DNA of 64,000 bases from an uncultured cyanobacterium (lineage in GTDB: Bacteria; Cyanobacteriota; Cyanobacteriia; Cyanobacteriales; Nostocaceae), in NCBI GenBank assembly GCA_963706595.1, contig OY970166.1, positions 4,576,001-4,640,000 of the forward strand. Direction: 5' to 3'. This document shows positions 28,042 to 38,861 of the stretch, piece by piece; positions within the stretch are counted from its first letter, which is position 1, and each line of letters opens with the position of its first letter. The notes under the pieces are model-generated. The model was not told the origin of the DNA, did no database searches, and was given only the letters and a program-made list of their open reading frames with translations. A program made the position numbers and the translations under genes.

Positions 28042-28219
28042 TTCGTAATTCGTAATTCGTAATTAAGAATTGCTGGGAAAATCTACTTTGGTTGATTTGA
28101 AAATTTAACTCTCTCGTAAATCTGGCGATGGGGAATTTGGCAATTTGCGGCAGCTAAGGTTAAAACTCCGTCTTCATTGTCAGATTCTCTTAACAGCCAG
28201 TTAGCTTCTGCTGTTTTAG

Positions 28220-28993
28220 CTAAAATTTATCTTTCATTCCCCGTAAACGAGCAAAGGTTTGCACTGAATCACTACTCTGAGTAGCTAACTGTAATGATGG
28301 TTGTTCCCAACGTAAAAAAGGATTGGTGAGCTTCTCCACTCCCAATAATGATGGAACAGTAGCTTTTTGGCGACTACGATAGTTCTTCACTTCTTCGTAG
28401 CGCCTTTGTAATGCGGTATTATCACCATCTACCGTCAGCGCAAATTGCAGATTTTTTAAAGTGTATTCGTGGGCGCACCAAACACGAGTATGGTCTGGGA
28501 GAGAGCGGAGTTTACCCAAAGATTCCACCATTTGCGTGGGTGTGCCTTCAAATAAGCGTCCACAACCGCCAGCAAACAGGGTATCACCACAGAATAATTC
28601 TCCGGCTTCACCAGATGTTACTGGGAAGAAGTAGTAAGCGATATGAGCGCGGGTGTGTCCAGGAATGAAGAAAACTTCGGCGGTGCGATAGCCAAACTGA
28701 ATGCGATCGCCTTCTTGTAGAAATACCTGTTGTCCAGGAATTCTCCCTCGATCCTCCAATCCGCCATACACTATCAAATTGGGGAAACTTTTGATTAACT
28801 CGTTGTTTCCACCTACATGATCGTGATGATGGTGAGTATTAAAAATGGCTACCAACTGAACTTTCAGTTCTGCGAGTTTCTCCAATACTGGTTTAGCCTC
28901 TGCTGGATCGACAACAGCAGCAATATTTTTTTGCTCATCGTGCAGTAAGAATATGTAGTTGTCTGAGAGTGCCTCAAGACGGATTACCTGCAT
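28220..28993 (-). CDS. gloB: Hydroxyacylglutathione hydrolase (glyoxalase II)
   Basis: [18 protein letters not shown] and AHEYT motifs. Confidence 0.93.
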   Translation of the reverse strand: MQVIRLEALSDNYIFLLHDEQKNIAAVVDPAEAKPVLEKLAELKVQLVAIFNTHHHHDHVGGNNELIKSFPNLIVYGGLEDRGRIPGQQVFLQEGDRIQFGYRTAEVFFIPGHTRAHIAYYFFPVTSGEAGELFCGDTLFAGGCGRLFEGTPTQMVESLGKLRSLPDHTRVWCAHEYTLKNLQFALTVDGDNTALQRRYEEVKNYRSRQKATVPSLLGVEKLTNPFLRWEQPSLQLATQSSDSVQTFARLRGMKDKF

Positions 28994-29485
28994 TCCCTCT
29001 TTCTCCCTGATTCAGTAAATGTTTTGGCTAATTAGCAAGTTTTTATACTTTAGTGAGCTAGCGGATGACCATATAAACCCATTCCAACACGATTGACTAA
29101 CCACAGGTTACTGCATTTATAATCCTCCTAAATAACTCATTGTAATTAGCACGGTAATATTACTACTTTAACAGTTCAGTTATATTGATAACATACAGGG
29201 GTGATTTTTATGAATATACGCAAAATCAAATAACGATTAGTAGCATTTCATCTGAAGACGTATAGAAAAGACAACACCGCCTGCGGCTCCTGGCCTTGCT
29301 AAGGGGAGGTTGGGAGGGGTAAAATAATTTGCAGCTTCATTGTAAATTGGTATAAACCAAATCTTATTTAATATTCACCCCTTTGACTAAAGCATATAAT
29401 TATACTGTAAACTACAGCGATGAGAGGCATAAATTGTGCTATGAACTATAATAGTTTCCGAATCCTCACCTTTATGGGTTCATAA

Positions 29486-30850
29486 ATGAAGTTAATTCAC
29501 ACAAGCTCTTGGTATTTTCCCGAAACATCAGGTGGTGTTGAAGTATACATAGATTCTTTGGTGCAAGGCTTGCAAGCAGATGGAGTTGAATCTCTAGTTG
29601 CAGCTTCTAAACAGGGCTTTGCGGAAGAGACTTACAAACATAACAATATCGGAGTATATCGCTATCCTATTTTTCCTGATCGCACAAAAATGCAGGTGCA
29701 TAAACAAATACCCCACGGAGGATTTGAAGCTTTTGCCAATTGGTTAAAAAATCAACAAGCCGATGTTTACCATCAGCACTCCTGGCGATTTGATTGTGGT
29801 TTACATCATTTGGCTATGGCCAAAAAATTGGGGATGGCAACTGTGGTAACAGTCCACATGCCCGAACCTCTATGTCTGCGGGGTACAATGATGTCTTATG
29901 GTCAAGAAGCCTGTAATGGATTGATTGATCCAACCCGTTGTAGTCCTTGCTTAGGTGTGCCAAAGAAAGTGCCGTCTTGGGCGATCGCAACGTTAAGTCA
30001 ACTGCCTCTCAATGTAGGCATGGCCGCCGAAAGCAAAATGCTTGGCTCCAAAAGTATTAGACTGCGCCTACTTGGTAAAACTTTTAGCATTCCTGCCCAA
30101 GTATCTGAACATCGCCGTCAGCTAACGCAATTAGTAAAACTAGCTGATCGGATTGTTGTTCCGAGTCAGTGGCAATACGACGCTTTTCGCTTAAACAAAG
30201 TTCCCGAAAACAAACTCACTCTCTGCCGTCAGGGTGTAGCTCAAACTTTCCAAAAAGAGGCAGTACCAACAAAATCAAAAAACGCCACTTTAAAAATTGG
30301 CTTTTTGGGGCGCTGGCAAGAAACCAAGGGAGTCCAAACTCTAGTAGAAGCAGTACATCGTCTACCGGCTGATATACCTGTAGAATTAGTTATTCATGCT
30401 ACCCATCCTAAAAAATACGGTGTAGGCAATCGAGAGAAAGTTGTAGCAATTGCCGCTCACGACAGTCGGATTCGCATTGCTGAACCGCTTTCACGCCAAG
30501 CAGTCCGAGAGGCACTGGCAGGTTTTGATCTCCTGGCAGTACCATCACAATGGTTGGAAACAGGGCCTCTTGTTGTTTTGGAAGCACAGGCCATTGGTAT
30601 TCCTGTACTGGGTTCAAATTTAGGAGGAATTGCCGAGTTAGTTGAACATGGAGTTAATGGTTGGTTAGTTCCAGCTAAAAATATACAAGCCTGGACTGAT
30701 GCGATCGCCAAATTAGCTCAAGACCGTGATTTACTAGACAGATTAGGTCAAGGTATTAAGTCAGTACGGACAATGGACAATGTAGCGTCAGAGATGGTAC
30801 AGCTTTATAGAGAAATCACAAAAACTGTTCAAAAATATTCTTCGTATTAA
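29486..30850 (+). CDS. Glycosyltransferase family 4
   Basis: GGVEVY; PSQWLETGPLVVLEA. Confidence 0.88.
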   Translation: MKLIHTSSWYFPETSGGVEVYIDSLVQGLQADGVESLVAASKQGFAEETYKHNNIGVYRYPIFPDRTKMQVHKQIPHGGFEAFANWLKNQQADVYHQHSWRFDCGLHHLAMAKKLGMATVVTVHMPEPLCLRGTMMSYGQEACNGLIDPTRCSPCLGVPKKVPSWAIATLSQLPLNVGMAAESKMLGSKSIRLRLLGKTFSIPAQVSEHRRQLTQLVKLADRIVVPSQWQYDAFRLNKVPENKLTLCRQGVAQTFQKEAVPTKSKNATLKIGFLGRWQETKGVQTLVEAVHRLPADIPVELVIHATHPKKYGVGNREKVVAIAAHDSRIRIAEPLSRQAVREALAGFDLLAVPSQWLETGPLVVLEAQAIGIPVLGSNLGGIAELVEHGVNGWLVPAKNIQAWTDAIAKLAQDRDLLDRLGQGIKSVRTMDNVASEMVQLYREITKTVQKYSSY

Positions 30851-30873
30851 TTAACGTCTAATTTTTATTATGT

Positions 30874-32052
30874 ATGAGTCTGCAAAAAAACAAGTTAAAA
30901 ATTACCATAATCACACCTAATTTCTCCAAAGGTGGAGTTGATAGAGCATATTTGCTAGGTCAGGTATGTCAGAAACTGAATTATGAAGTGGAAATTGTGG
31001 GATTTTTATTTGGAAAAAATATTTATCCTGAACCACCATCTGATATGGCAATTTACTGCTTACCCGGTTGCAATTATCCAAAATTATTTGGTTCGGTAAA
31101 ACAACTGTTGCCCAAAGTTGATGGTGACATTATCTGCGCTATCAAACCAAAACCTACAAGTTACGGTGTTGCGTTAATTAACAAAATTTTCCAGCACAAA
31201 CCTGTAATCCTAGATATTGATGATTGGGAGTTAAGTTGGTATGGGGGTGACGAGTGGCGCTATCGTCCCCAAGCCAAGCAATTAGCCAGAGACATTTTCA
31301 AAAAAGAAGGAGCATTAAAAAATCCCGACCATCCATTGTACCTACAGTGGATGGAGTTATTGGTTAATCAAGCCAACGCTGTGACAGCAGATACTCAATT
31401 TTTGCTCAACCGTTTTGGTGGCACTTATATTCCTAATGGCAAAGATACTTGCCTCTTTGATCCCCAAAAGTTCGATCCGCAAGTCAGCCGGGAACGCTAT
31501 GGTTTAGCAGAATATCGCGTCCTCATGTTTCCTGGAGCGCCTCGACCACATAAAGGACTGGAAGATGTTTTAATAGCACTTGACCAGTTAAATGAACCAG
31601 ACTTCAGGCTAGTCATTGTGGGGGGTAATCCTTATGATAACTATGATGACCAACTCATAGAAAAGTGGGGACGCTGGATTATTAAGCTGCCTCCAGTACC
31701 AGTAGAAAATATGCCAGAAATCGTTGCTGCTGCCCATGTAGTGGTAGTTCCACAGAGAGATACACCCACAGCTAGAGCGCAGTTTCCCATCAAATTAACA
31801 GATGGAATGGCAATGGCAAAGCCAGTTTTAGCAACACGAGTTGGAGACATTCCCCAAATTTTAGATGAAACTGGTTACTTGGTTGATCCTAGTTCACCTG
31901 AACAAATTGCCGAAACTATTCAATGGATATTCCAGAATTTTAATGAAGCCAACGAAAAAGGCAAAATGGCCAGAGAAAGGTGTATTCAACATTATAGTCT
32001 TGACACTATGGCATCAACATTATCTCAAGTATGTTCTCAAATATTAAGATAG
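30874..32052 (+). CDS. Glycosyltransferase family 4
   Basis: HKGLED; FPIKLTDGMAMAKPVLAT. Confidence 0.88.
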   Translation: MSLQKNKLKITIITPNFSKGGVDRAYLLGQVCQKLNYEVEIVGFLFGKNIYPEPPSDMAIYCLPGCNYPKLFGSVKQLLPKVDGDIICAIKPKPTSYGVALINKIFQHKPVILDIDDWELSWYGGDEWRYRPQAKQLARDIFKKEGALKNPDHPLYLQWMELLVNQANAVTADTQFLLNRFGGTYIPNGKDTCLFDPQKFDPQVSRERYGLAEYRVLMFPGAPRPHKGLEDVLIALDQLNEPDFRLVIVGGNPYDNYDDQLIEKWGRWIIKLPPVPVENMPEIVAAAHVVVVPQRDTPTARAQFPIKLTDGMAMAKPVLATRVGDIPQILDETGYLVDPSSPEQIAETIQWIFQNFNEANEKGKMARERCIQHYSLDTMASTLSQVCSQILR

Positions 32053-32161
32053 AATTTTCGTGGAGCCAATAAATGTTAAAAAGTGCCGATTTTGTTTGGC
32101 TCGAATAAATAATTTGTTTACGAGTATACTGTTAGTTTAAAAGATTCATTATCCATTACTT

Positions 32162-34405
32162 ATGTCTACTATTAATCAACTTTTAAAGTTCGCTAAACCT
32201 TATCCCGGTAGAATTATTTTAACTATAATATTGGGATTTTCTGGAGCTTTATTTAATGGCATCAGCACAGCAATGATTGTGCCTATAATTTTAAACATTG
32301 TCGGGCAAGAAATAGATGTAACAAATGCTCCGCCTATTATCAAATCCATAATATCGCCCTTTGATAGTTTCCCAGAAAATTACCGGATGGTGATGATGGC
32401 AGGAACAATTATCTTCATAATTTTCCTCAAAAACGCAGCTAGTTATGCTAGTAGCTTGGCATCTAGTTCTGTATCTCGTACACTCACATCAGATATGCGA
32501 AGGGCCGGTGTACAGTTACTACTAGATATTGACATAACTTATTTTACCAAGATGAAGCTTGGTGATTTAATGACACAGGTTAACGGAGAAGTTTCGCGGG
32601 CTGCTACTTCTTTAAATAACATAATTAAATTAATCATAAATGTAATTACAATTTTCGTGTTTCTATTTATTTTATTATCAATATCTTGGCAGCTAACGAT
32701 TGCATCCACAGTTTTACTAGCTTTTGTAACATTAGTAAATCAGTATGCAATTTCGCGCTCAAAATATTTTGGTAAACAACTAACGCAAATGTCTCAAATT
32801 CAGACATCTACTCTTATAGAAACATTAAGTGGAATTCGCTTAGTTAAGGCAACCGCCAATGAAGAAAAAACATATCAGAAAATTGACCAGCTAATTCAAA
32901 ACCGCGAAACAGCAGAATTTCAATCTCAAGTTAATTCTAATATTATTGGTCCTACAAGTGAAGTGGCTGGACTGGTATCTATATTACTAATTGTCTTTAT
33001 AGGAAAAATTATATTTGCCGATCAAGTTGATTCGTTCTCAGCCATTCTGCTGACATATTTATTGGTACTACTCCGACTACTTCCTGTTGTTTCGCAGTTA
33101 AATGGTATTCGCAATAGCTTTGCTAATAATTCAGCTAGTGTAGATGTTGTGGCTGACTTTTTAAGGCGGGATAATAAGCCTCTAATGGCTAATGGTGATA
33201 TAGTCTACACCACATTTAAGGAGGGGTTACATTTTAAAAATATATCTTTCGCGTACCCCGGTAATGATAAATTAGTGCTGAAGGATGTAGATTTATATTT
33301 ACCAAGAGGTGCTACTCTGGCTTTGGTCGGTAGTTCTGGTGCAGGTAAATCTACTCTGGCTGATCTTTTACCAAGATTTTATGATCCTATTTCTGGCCAT
33401 ATTGCTATTGATGGGGTAGATATCCGGAAGTTTCATCTCAAGTCTCTGCGAAAGGCTATGGGTATTGTTAGTCAAGATACCTTCCTGTTCAATGATTCGA
33501 TAAAAAATAACATAGCCTACGGAAAAGCAGAAGCTAGCGATGAAGAAATTATGGCAGCTACCAAGCGCGCCAATGCCTATGAATTTATTAGCAAATTACC
33601 CCAAGGGTTGGATACTTTGATAGGCGATCGCGGTGTCATGTTATCTGGTGGACAGCGCCAACGTCTCGCCATAGCAAGAGCTTTACTGCAAGATCCAGAA
33701 ATTTTGATTTTAGATGAAGCTACCTCAGCATTAGATACTGTTTCGGAGCGTTTAGTGCAAGCAGCAATCGATGATTTAAGCCGCGATCGCACAACCTTAG
33801 TAATTGCTCACCGCCTTTCTACTGTCCAAAAAGCTGATCAAATTGCCGTATTTGATCAAGGACGAGTCGTAGAAGTGGGAACCCATGATCAACTCTTACA
33901 AAAAGGTGGTTACTATTCGCGCCTCTATTCCATGCAATTTGGTGAACAGGTAGATAATACCAGCAAATCTAACCAATTATTGATTCGCATCTCTTACGAA
34001 ATTCGGACAAGACTGAATGCTATAATTGGTTGTCTGCGATTATTAAATGATGGCATGGTAGATGATGCCAAAGAACGGCAAGAATTACTGGACGAATCAT
34101 ACAAAGCAACATTGAGAATTATTACGAATATTGAAATTTTTCAGGAAAGTATTAAACTACACAATAACTGGCAATCATCGCCATTCATTAGCAAAAATCA
34201 GACAATCAATGATCATGATCAAAAGTTAAGGCAAATATTTGATGAACTTCAGATAAAACTCAATAATATGATCAACTACCTAGTTTTACTCGCAGATGAT
34301 TTAGTAGATAATGGACAACAAGAAAATAAATTAATTACTGATTCTTATAATTTAGCTATTTACTTACTTGAACAAGTAGAAATATTAGAAAAAATCAAAG
34401 CCTGA
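32162..34405 (+). CDS. ABC exporter (HepA/MsbA-like) with C-terminal helical extension
   Basis: TM domain, GSSGAGKS, LSGGQRQR, LDEATS, plus ~150 extra C-terminal aa. Confidence 0.9.
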   Translation: MSTINQLLKFAKPYPGRIILTIILGFSGALFNGISTAMIVPIILNIVGQEIDVTNAPPIIKSIISPFDSFPENYRMVMMAGTIIFIIFLKNAASYASSLASSSVSRTLTSDMRRAGVQLLLDIDITYFTKMKLGDLMTQVNGEVSRAATSLNNIIKLIINVITIFVFLFILLSISWQLTIASTVLLAFVTLVNQYAISRSKYFGKQLTQMSQIQTSTLIETLSGIRLVKATANEEKTYQKIDQLIQNRETAEFQSQVNSNIIGPTSEVAGLVSILLIVFIGKIIFADQVDSFSAILLTYLLVLLRLLPVVSQLNGIRNSFANNSASVDVVADFLRRDNKPLMANGDIVYTTFKEGLHFKNISFAYPGNDKLVLKDVDLYLPRGATLALVGSSGAGKSTLADLLPRFYDPISGHIAIDGVDIRKFHLKSLRKAMGIVSQDTFLFNDSIKNNIAYGKAEASDEEIMAATKRANAYEFISKLPQGLDTLIGDRGVMLSGGQRQRLAIARALLQDPEILILDEATSALDTVSERLVQAAIDDLSRDRTTLVIAHRLSTVQKADQIAVFDQGRVVEVGTHDQLLQKGGYYSRLYSMQFGEQVDNTSKSNQLLIRISYEIRTRLNAIIGCLRLLNDGMVDDAKERQELLDESYKATLRIITNIEIFQESIKLHNNWQSSPFISKNQTINDHDQKLRQIFDELQIKLNNMINYLVLLADDLVDNGQQENKLITDSYNLAIYLLEQVEILEKIKA

Positions 34406-34526
34406 ACTATTCATAAATCAGATAGCATTCACCTCGGACTCAATGAGGGTAGACCAAATAGAAATTTGACGATTATAGGTAATAATGGCTAATATAAAAT
34501 ATCAGAGAATAATCGGGTGAGGAATC

Positions 34527-35666
34527 ATGAAAAAGATAGCTATCTTTTACCCATATTTTATGGGTGGTGGTGCAGAAGCAGTGGGATTATGGATTATCCA
34601 AGCATTGAAAGATAAATATGCTCTGACATTATTTACTTTGGGAGAAATTAAACTTGAAAAACTCAATGCCATGTACGGAACAACTATATCAAACGAAGAT
34701 ATAGAGATTCTGACTATTCTGCCTAAATTTTTTGACATTCTTTGTTATTTCATGATGAGCAGAAATAATAATTTCCAAATGTTATTTTTTCATACTTTAA
34801 TTCGTATTTTTAAACAAAATAGCCACGAATATGACCTAGTTATGTCTGCATACAATGCGATGGATATGGGTCAAAAAGGAATTCAGTACATACATTGGAT
34901 CAAAGTTCTTGAGGGTAAACCTTTTCATAGAAAAATTTCGGCTTTTTCTCAGGAACAGCTAATGGAAAACATCTCTGTTGCCAATTCTTACTGTGTTGCA
35001 GATTATGTCAATAAGCACTATGGAATTAATGCTAATGTTGTGTATCCTCCTGTTGTTATAGACACCCCTGATATTGCCTGGAGTGATAAAGAATATGCAT
35101 TCATTTGCAGTGGCAGAATAGTAGAACCTAAACAGCCTCATAAAGTCATCAAAATTCTCAAACAAGTGCGTGAGAGAGGCTTTGATATTAAGCTACATAT
35201 CACAGGTGGAGGTGGTGGTATTTATGAATGGAAATATAATAATTTAGTCAAAAAAATGGTGAGAGAAAACTCATCTTGGATAACCTTACATAAAAATCTT
35301 CCTTATCAAGCATATGTTAAAATATTAGCTAATTGTAAGTACGGGATTCACTATAAAAAAGAACCTTTTGGTATTTCTATTGCCGAAATGGTTAAAGCTG
35401 GTGCTATTCCTTTCGTGAGATATGAAGGCGGACAGGTAGAAATAGTCGGTCAGAATAATGAAGAATTATTTTTTAATACAGAAGCAGAAGCAGTAGAAAA
35501 AATTATTGCCGTTTTAAGTAGTTCAGCAAAACAAACCCAAGTAATTGCATCTTTGAATAACCAAAGAAATTTATTTTCTACCCAAAGGTTTATGTCAGAA
35601 ATAGATGATTTAGTTACGTCTTACTTTGACATTGACACAAAATTATCAATCTTAAATTCAAAGTAG
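34527..35666 (+). CDS. Glycosyltransferase family 4
   Basis: GGGAEAV; EPFGISIAEMV. Confidence 0.85.
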   Translation: MKKIAIFYPYFMGGGAEAVGLWIIQALKDKYALTLFTLGEIKLEKLNAMYGTTISNEDIEILTILPKFFDILCYFMMSRNNNFQMLFFHTLIRIFKQNSHEYDLVMSAYNAMDMGQKGIQYIHWIKVLEGKPFHRKISAFSQEQLMENISVANSYCVADYVNKHYGINANVVYPPVVIDTPDIAWSDKEYAFICSGRIVEPKQPHKVIKILKQVRERGFDIKLHITGGGGGIYEWKYNNLVKKMVRENSSWITLHKNLPYQAYVKILANCKYGIHYKKEPFGISIAEMVKAGAIPFVRYEGGQVEIVGQNNEELFFNTEAEAVEKIIAVLSSSAKQTQVIASLNNQRNLFSTQRFMSEIDDLVTSYFDIDTKLSILNSK

Positions 35667-35725
35667 AAAGGTCATATTATAAATTATGATTCATTGCTAT
35701 TTATACTAGTAAATAACTAAAAATA

Positions 35726-36598
35726 ATGAAATCAATTATTAATTACCATGTTATTGATTCTACAAATATTGGAGATTTATTTTCAGCCCCCACGAAATAT
35801 TTTAGTTTTCCTGGTTATACTGTCGAACAAGCTGATATCCGAAACATAAATGTTAATGAGATCAGAGACAAACATATTATTGTGGGTGGAGGGGGACTTC
35901 TATATAAACCATTTTTAGATTCTTTTGCAAAACTGATTGAGTCTAAAGCCAATATAAAATTAATTGCTTGGGGAATTGGCCAGCAGAGTTATGGTAGTGG
36001 TTTTACAAATCAGGAATTGCAGAATTTTAACTATTCTCAATACCTGAAAGATTTTGACTTAGTTGGTATTCGGGATTTTAACTATAAAGATAATTGGGTA
36101 CCTTGCGCTAGTTGTATGCACCCAGCATTTGATAAAAAGCAGGAGATTAAACATGAATTTGTAGTTTTTTCGCATAAAAAATTTCAAATAAAAATTGGTA
36201 ACTTCCCTCAAATGACTAATAATAATCAAGATATTGAGGAAATATTGGATTTTTTGGGTTCGGGAGAAACTATATTAACCAGTTCATATCATGGAGCATA
36301 TTGGGGAACACTACTTGGGAGAAAAGTTTTGTCTTTTCCATTTAGCAGCAAGTTTTATACACTAAAACATTCTCCCGGAATTTACCCTATTCAAAAGTGG
36401 ATACAGCCAAAAAGAAAACTGTCGCTATTCAATAAAACCTTGTTTGAGTACAGTGATCAAAACAAGTTTTCCTGTAATATTGATAATTGGCAAGATTATC
36501 TCAAAAGCTGTCAAGTTTATTCTGAAAGTCTTCACGAAAATCGTGAACGTAATCATTGGTATCACGCTCAAATAATGAATATTTTATCTAATGCCTAA
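35726..36598 (+). CDS. Polysaccharide pyruvyl transferase-like protein
   Basis: NIGD, GGGGLL, GIRD and SSYHG motifs. Confidence 0.7.
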   Translation: MKSIINYHVIDSTNIGDLFSAPTKYFSFPGYTVEQADIRNINVNEIRDKHIIVGGGGLLYKPFLDSFAKLIESKANIKLIAWGIGQQSYGSGFTNQELQNFNYSQYLKDFDLVGIRDFNYKDNWVPCASCMHPAFDKKQEIKHEFVVFSHKKFQIKIGNFPQMTNNNQDIEEILDFLGSGETILTSSYHGAYWGTLLGRKVLSFPFSSKFYTLKHSPGIYPIQKWIQPKRKLSLFNKTLFEYSDQNKFSCNIDNWQDYLKSCQVYSESLHENRERNHWYHAQIMNILSNA

Positions 36599-36624
36599 AA
36601 AACATAAAAAAATATATAATATAT

Positions 36625-36876
36625 ATGAAAAATCTCAGTTTTAAACGGCATTATATTTTCTATATTCCAGAAGATTTACCAAAAGCACAAGCTCATCTAG
36701 TTTCATCTAAAAATGCGGTAAACTTATGGCTGAAAGATGTTTTAGAAACTAGCCGTATAAAAGTAAAAGCTTATGTAGATATAATCAAATTTCTCAAGCA
36801 GTTTTATTGGGAAAATCAAGCCGTAAAAATTCTCAGTTGCGTTGATAAAACTCTAATTAATCAAATTATAAATTAA
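36625..36876 (+). pseudogene. Internally deleted glycosyltransferase remnant
   Basis: 83 aa joining a GT-like N-terminus (HYIFY..AHLV) to a GT4-like C-terminal helix (QFYWENQAVKIL). Confidence 0.5.
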
Positions 36877-36877
36877 C

Positions 36878-37837
36878 ATGGATATAAAAACTATTGGTAT
36901 GATTAGCAGCTATGGCAATCTTGACAAAAGAGGTGATTGGCTGTGGCAACAAACCCCCCATCCATTAGGTATTTGGGGTAATATCCAAATGCAGGCGATC
37001 GCATCAAAACCAGATTTTCTGTTGCTGTATCAGTTTAACTTTCCCAAACCTCCCAAGCAACAATCTTGGTGGGATAATTTTCGCAAAAAACAACAAAAAA
37101 CTGCATTAAATCTTGATTCTTTGCTACGCGGAGTCAGCAAGGAAAGGATAATTTATTTGTTGCGGGAACCACCATTAGATGAAGTTGTAGAAAAACATCG
37201 TAGAGCATACCAGCAAGCTCAGAAATACTGCGGCTATGTTTCTGGACCTGATGATTTTGCGCCTCATCCCGACTATATGCCTGCTATTTGGTATCATGGC
37301 AACTCGTTTCAGGAATTAAATGAAATGCCACCACCGCCAAAAGTTTCTCCTTGCAGTTGGATCACTTCTGGTATTAGTCGTACTGCGAACCATCGTCAAA
37401 GATTAAACTTTTTACAGTCTTTACAGTCTAGCGACATTAAATTTGATTTGTATGGGCGCGATTTACCAACATGGGCAAAAACATCTGGTGAGTTGGGTAA
37501 TAAATGGCATGGAATGGCACCGTATTATTATAATCTTTCGATTGAAAACTATGCTGATAACAATTGGTATGTGAGTGAAAAATTATGGGATGCTTTGTTG
37601 GCTTGGTGTTTACCTATTTACTATGGTGGACCAGCAGCTGATAAATTATTACCACCAGGTAGTTTTTTGCGGTTACCTAGTTTAGATGAAAAAGGTTTGG
37701 CCTACATCCAGGACGTGACTGCTACTCCTGATGCTTGGTATGCTGCTAAAGATGCGATCGCAGAAGCTAGACAAATTATTTTACATAAATTAAACCTACT
37801 CAACTGGTTATCAGAATTTACTGGTAAATATTCTTAA
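36878..37837 (+). CDS. Glycosyltransferase family 10 (fucosyltransferase-like)
   Basis: YNLSIEN...YVSEKLWDALLAWCLPIYYG. Confidence 0.8.
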   Translation: MDIKTIGMISSYGNLDKRGDWLWQQTPHPLGIWGNIQMQAIASKPDFLLLYQFNFPKPPKQQSWWDNFRKKQQKTALNLDSLLRGVSKERIIYLLREPPLDEVVEKHRRAYQQAQKYCGYVSGPDDFAPHPDYMPAIWYHGNSFQELNEMPPPPKVSPCSWITSGISRTANHRQRLNFLQSLQSSDIKFDLYGRDLPTWAKTSGELGNKWHGMAPYYYNLSIENYADNNWYVSEKLWDALLAWCLPIYYGGPAADKLLPPGSFLRLPSLDEKGLAYIQDVTATPDAWYAAKDAIAEARQIILHKLNLLNWLSEFTGKYS

Positions 37838-37855
37838 TAAATTGGGGATTTTTAT

Positions 37856-38860
37856 ATGGATGGTATTTGTACTCTCGCCAACGACCGAGTTTATGAACAA
37901 GTCATTGCTTTACTCAACAGCATAGAGGCAATTTATGGGCAAGAAATGCCAGTTTGTATCTATCCTTATGACGACAATATAGCAAAACTTAGTGCAGAAA
38001 TTGCTCATCGTCCCCAAGTGCAACTTTACGATGATCGAGAATCGATTCAGAGATGGGATGAGTTTATTTGCCAGATTTGGGACGCACATCCCACAGCCGC
38101 AGAACATTGGTCAAAATTAGGTAAGGATAAATATCATCGAGTCGGTACTCATAGACGTTATGGTGCTTTTGATGGGCCATTTGACCGTTTCGTTTATATG
38201 GATGCCGATACTTTATTAATGAGTCCATTAACGGCAATTTTCAACCAGTTGAATAATCATGACTGGGTAGTATATGATTTCCAATACACAGATTTATCTC
38301 ATGTGTATCATCAAGCCTCGGCAAAGTTAACAGAAATATTTACACCACAACAACTGCAAACAGAAATATTTTGTTCGGGATTTTATGCTTCTAAAAAAGG
38401 GGTATTTGATGCCAAAATGCGAGAATCGTTACTAGAAAAACTTCGTCAAGGAGAAGCCGAAATACTTTATGATATGGCTCCTGACCAAACTATTCTTAAT
38501 TATATGGTCATGCGCTCAAAAATCTCTAGCTATAATTTTGCTCTGGAACTTCCCGAATCTGAAAAAACAGGATGTTGTGTAGTTTCTGAGCATTTTCAGA
38601 CTCAAGATAATATATTGTATGACAAAGGTAAACAATTAACTTATCTTCACTATATCGGCTTGAGTTCTAAATTATTTGTGCGAGTTTGTGAGGGAGAAAA
38701 TATTGATTTTCCCTATCGGGATGTTTTCTTACATTATCGCTATCTGCATGAACCAGACAAGCGTCCAAAATTTACAACTAAAGCCAAGGCTTATAACGCC
38801 CCTCCCAGTTTAGCTACAAAAGTTTTAAAAAAGTTAGGATTAACCAGTGGAGGTAAATAA
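37856..38860 (+). CDS. GT-A fold sugar transferase (Npun_R2821/R2822-like)
   Basis: YMDADTL DxD motif, DQTILNY, LHYIG. Confidence 0.75.
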   Translation: MDGICTLANDRVYEQVIALLNSIEAIYGQEMPVCIYPYDDNIAKLSAEIAHRPQVQLYDDRESIQRWDEFICQIWDAHPTAAEHWSKLGKDKYHRVGTHRRYGAFDGPFDRFVYMDADTLLMSPLTAIFNQLNNHDWVVYDFQYTDLSHVYHQASAKLTEIFTPQQLQTEIFCSGFYASKKGVFDAKMRESLLEKLRQGEAEILYDMAPDQTILNYMVMRSKISSYNFALELPESEKTGCCVVSEHFQTQDNILYDKGKQLTYLHYIGLSSKLFVRVCEGENIDFPYRDVFLHYRYLHEPDKRPKFTTKAKAYNAPPSLATKVLKKLGLTSGGK

Positions 38861-38861
38861 G

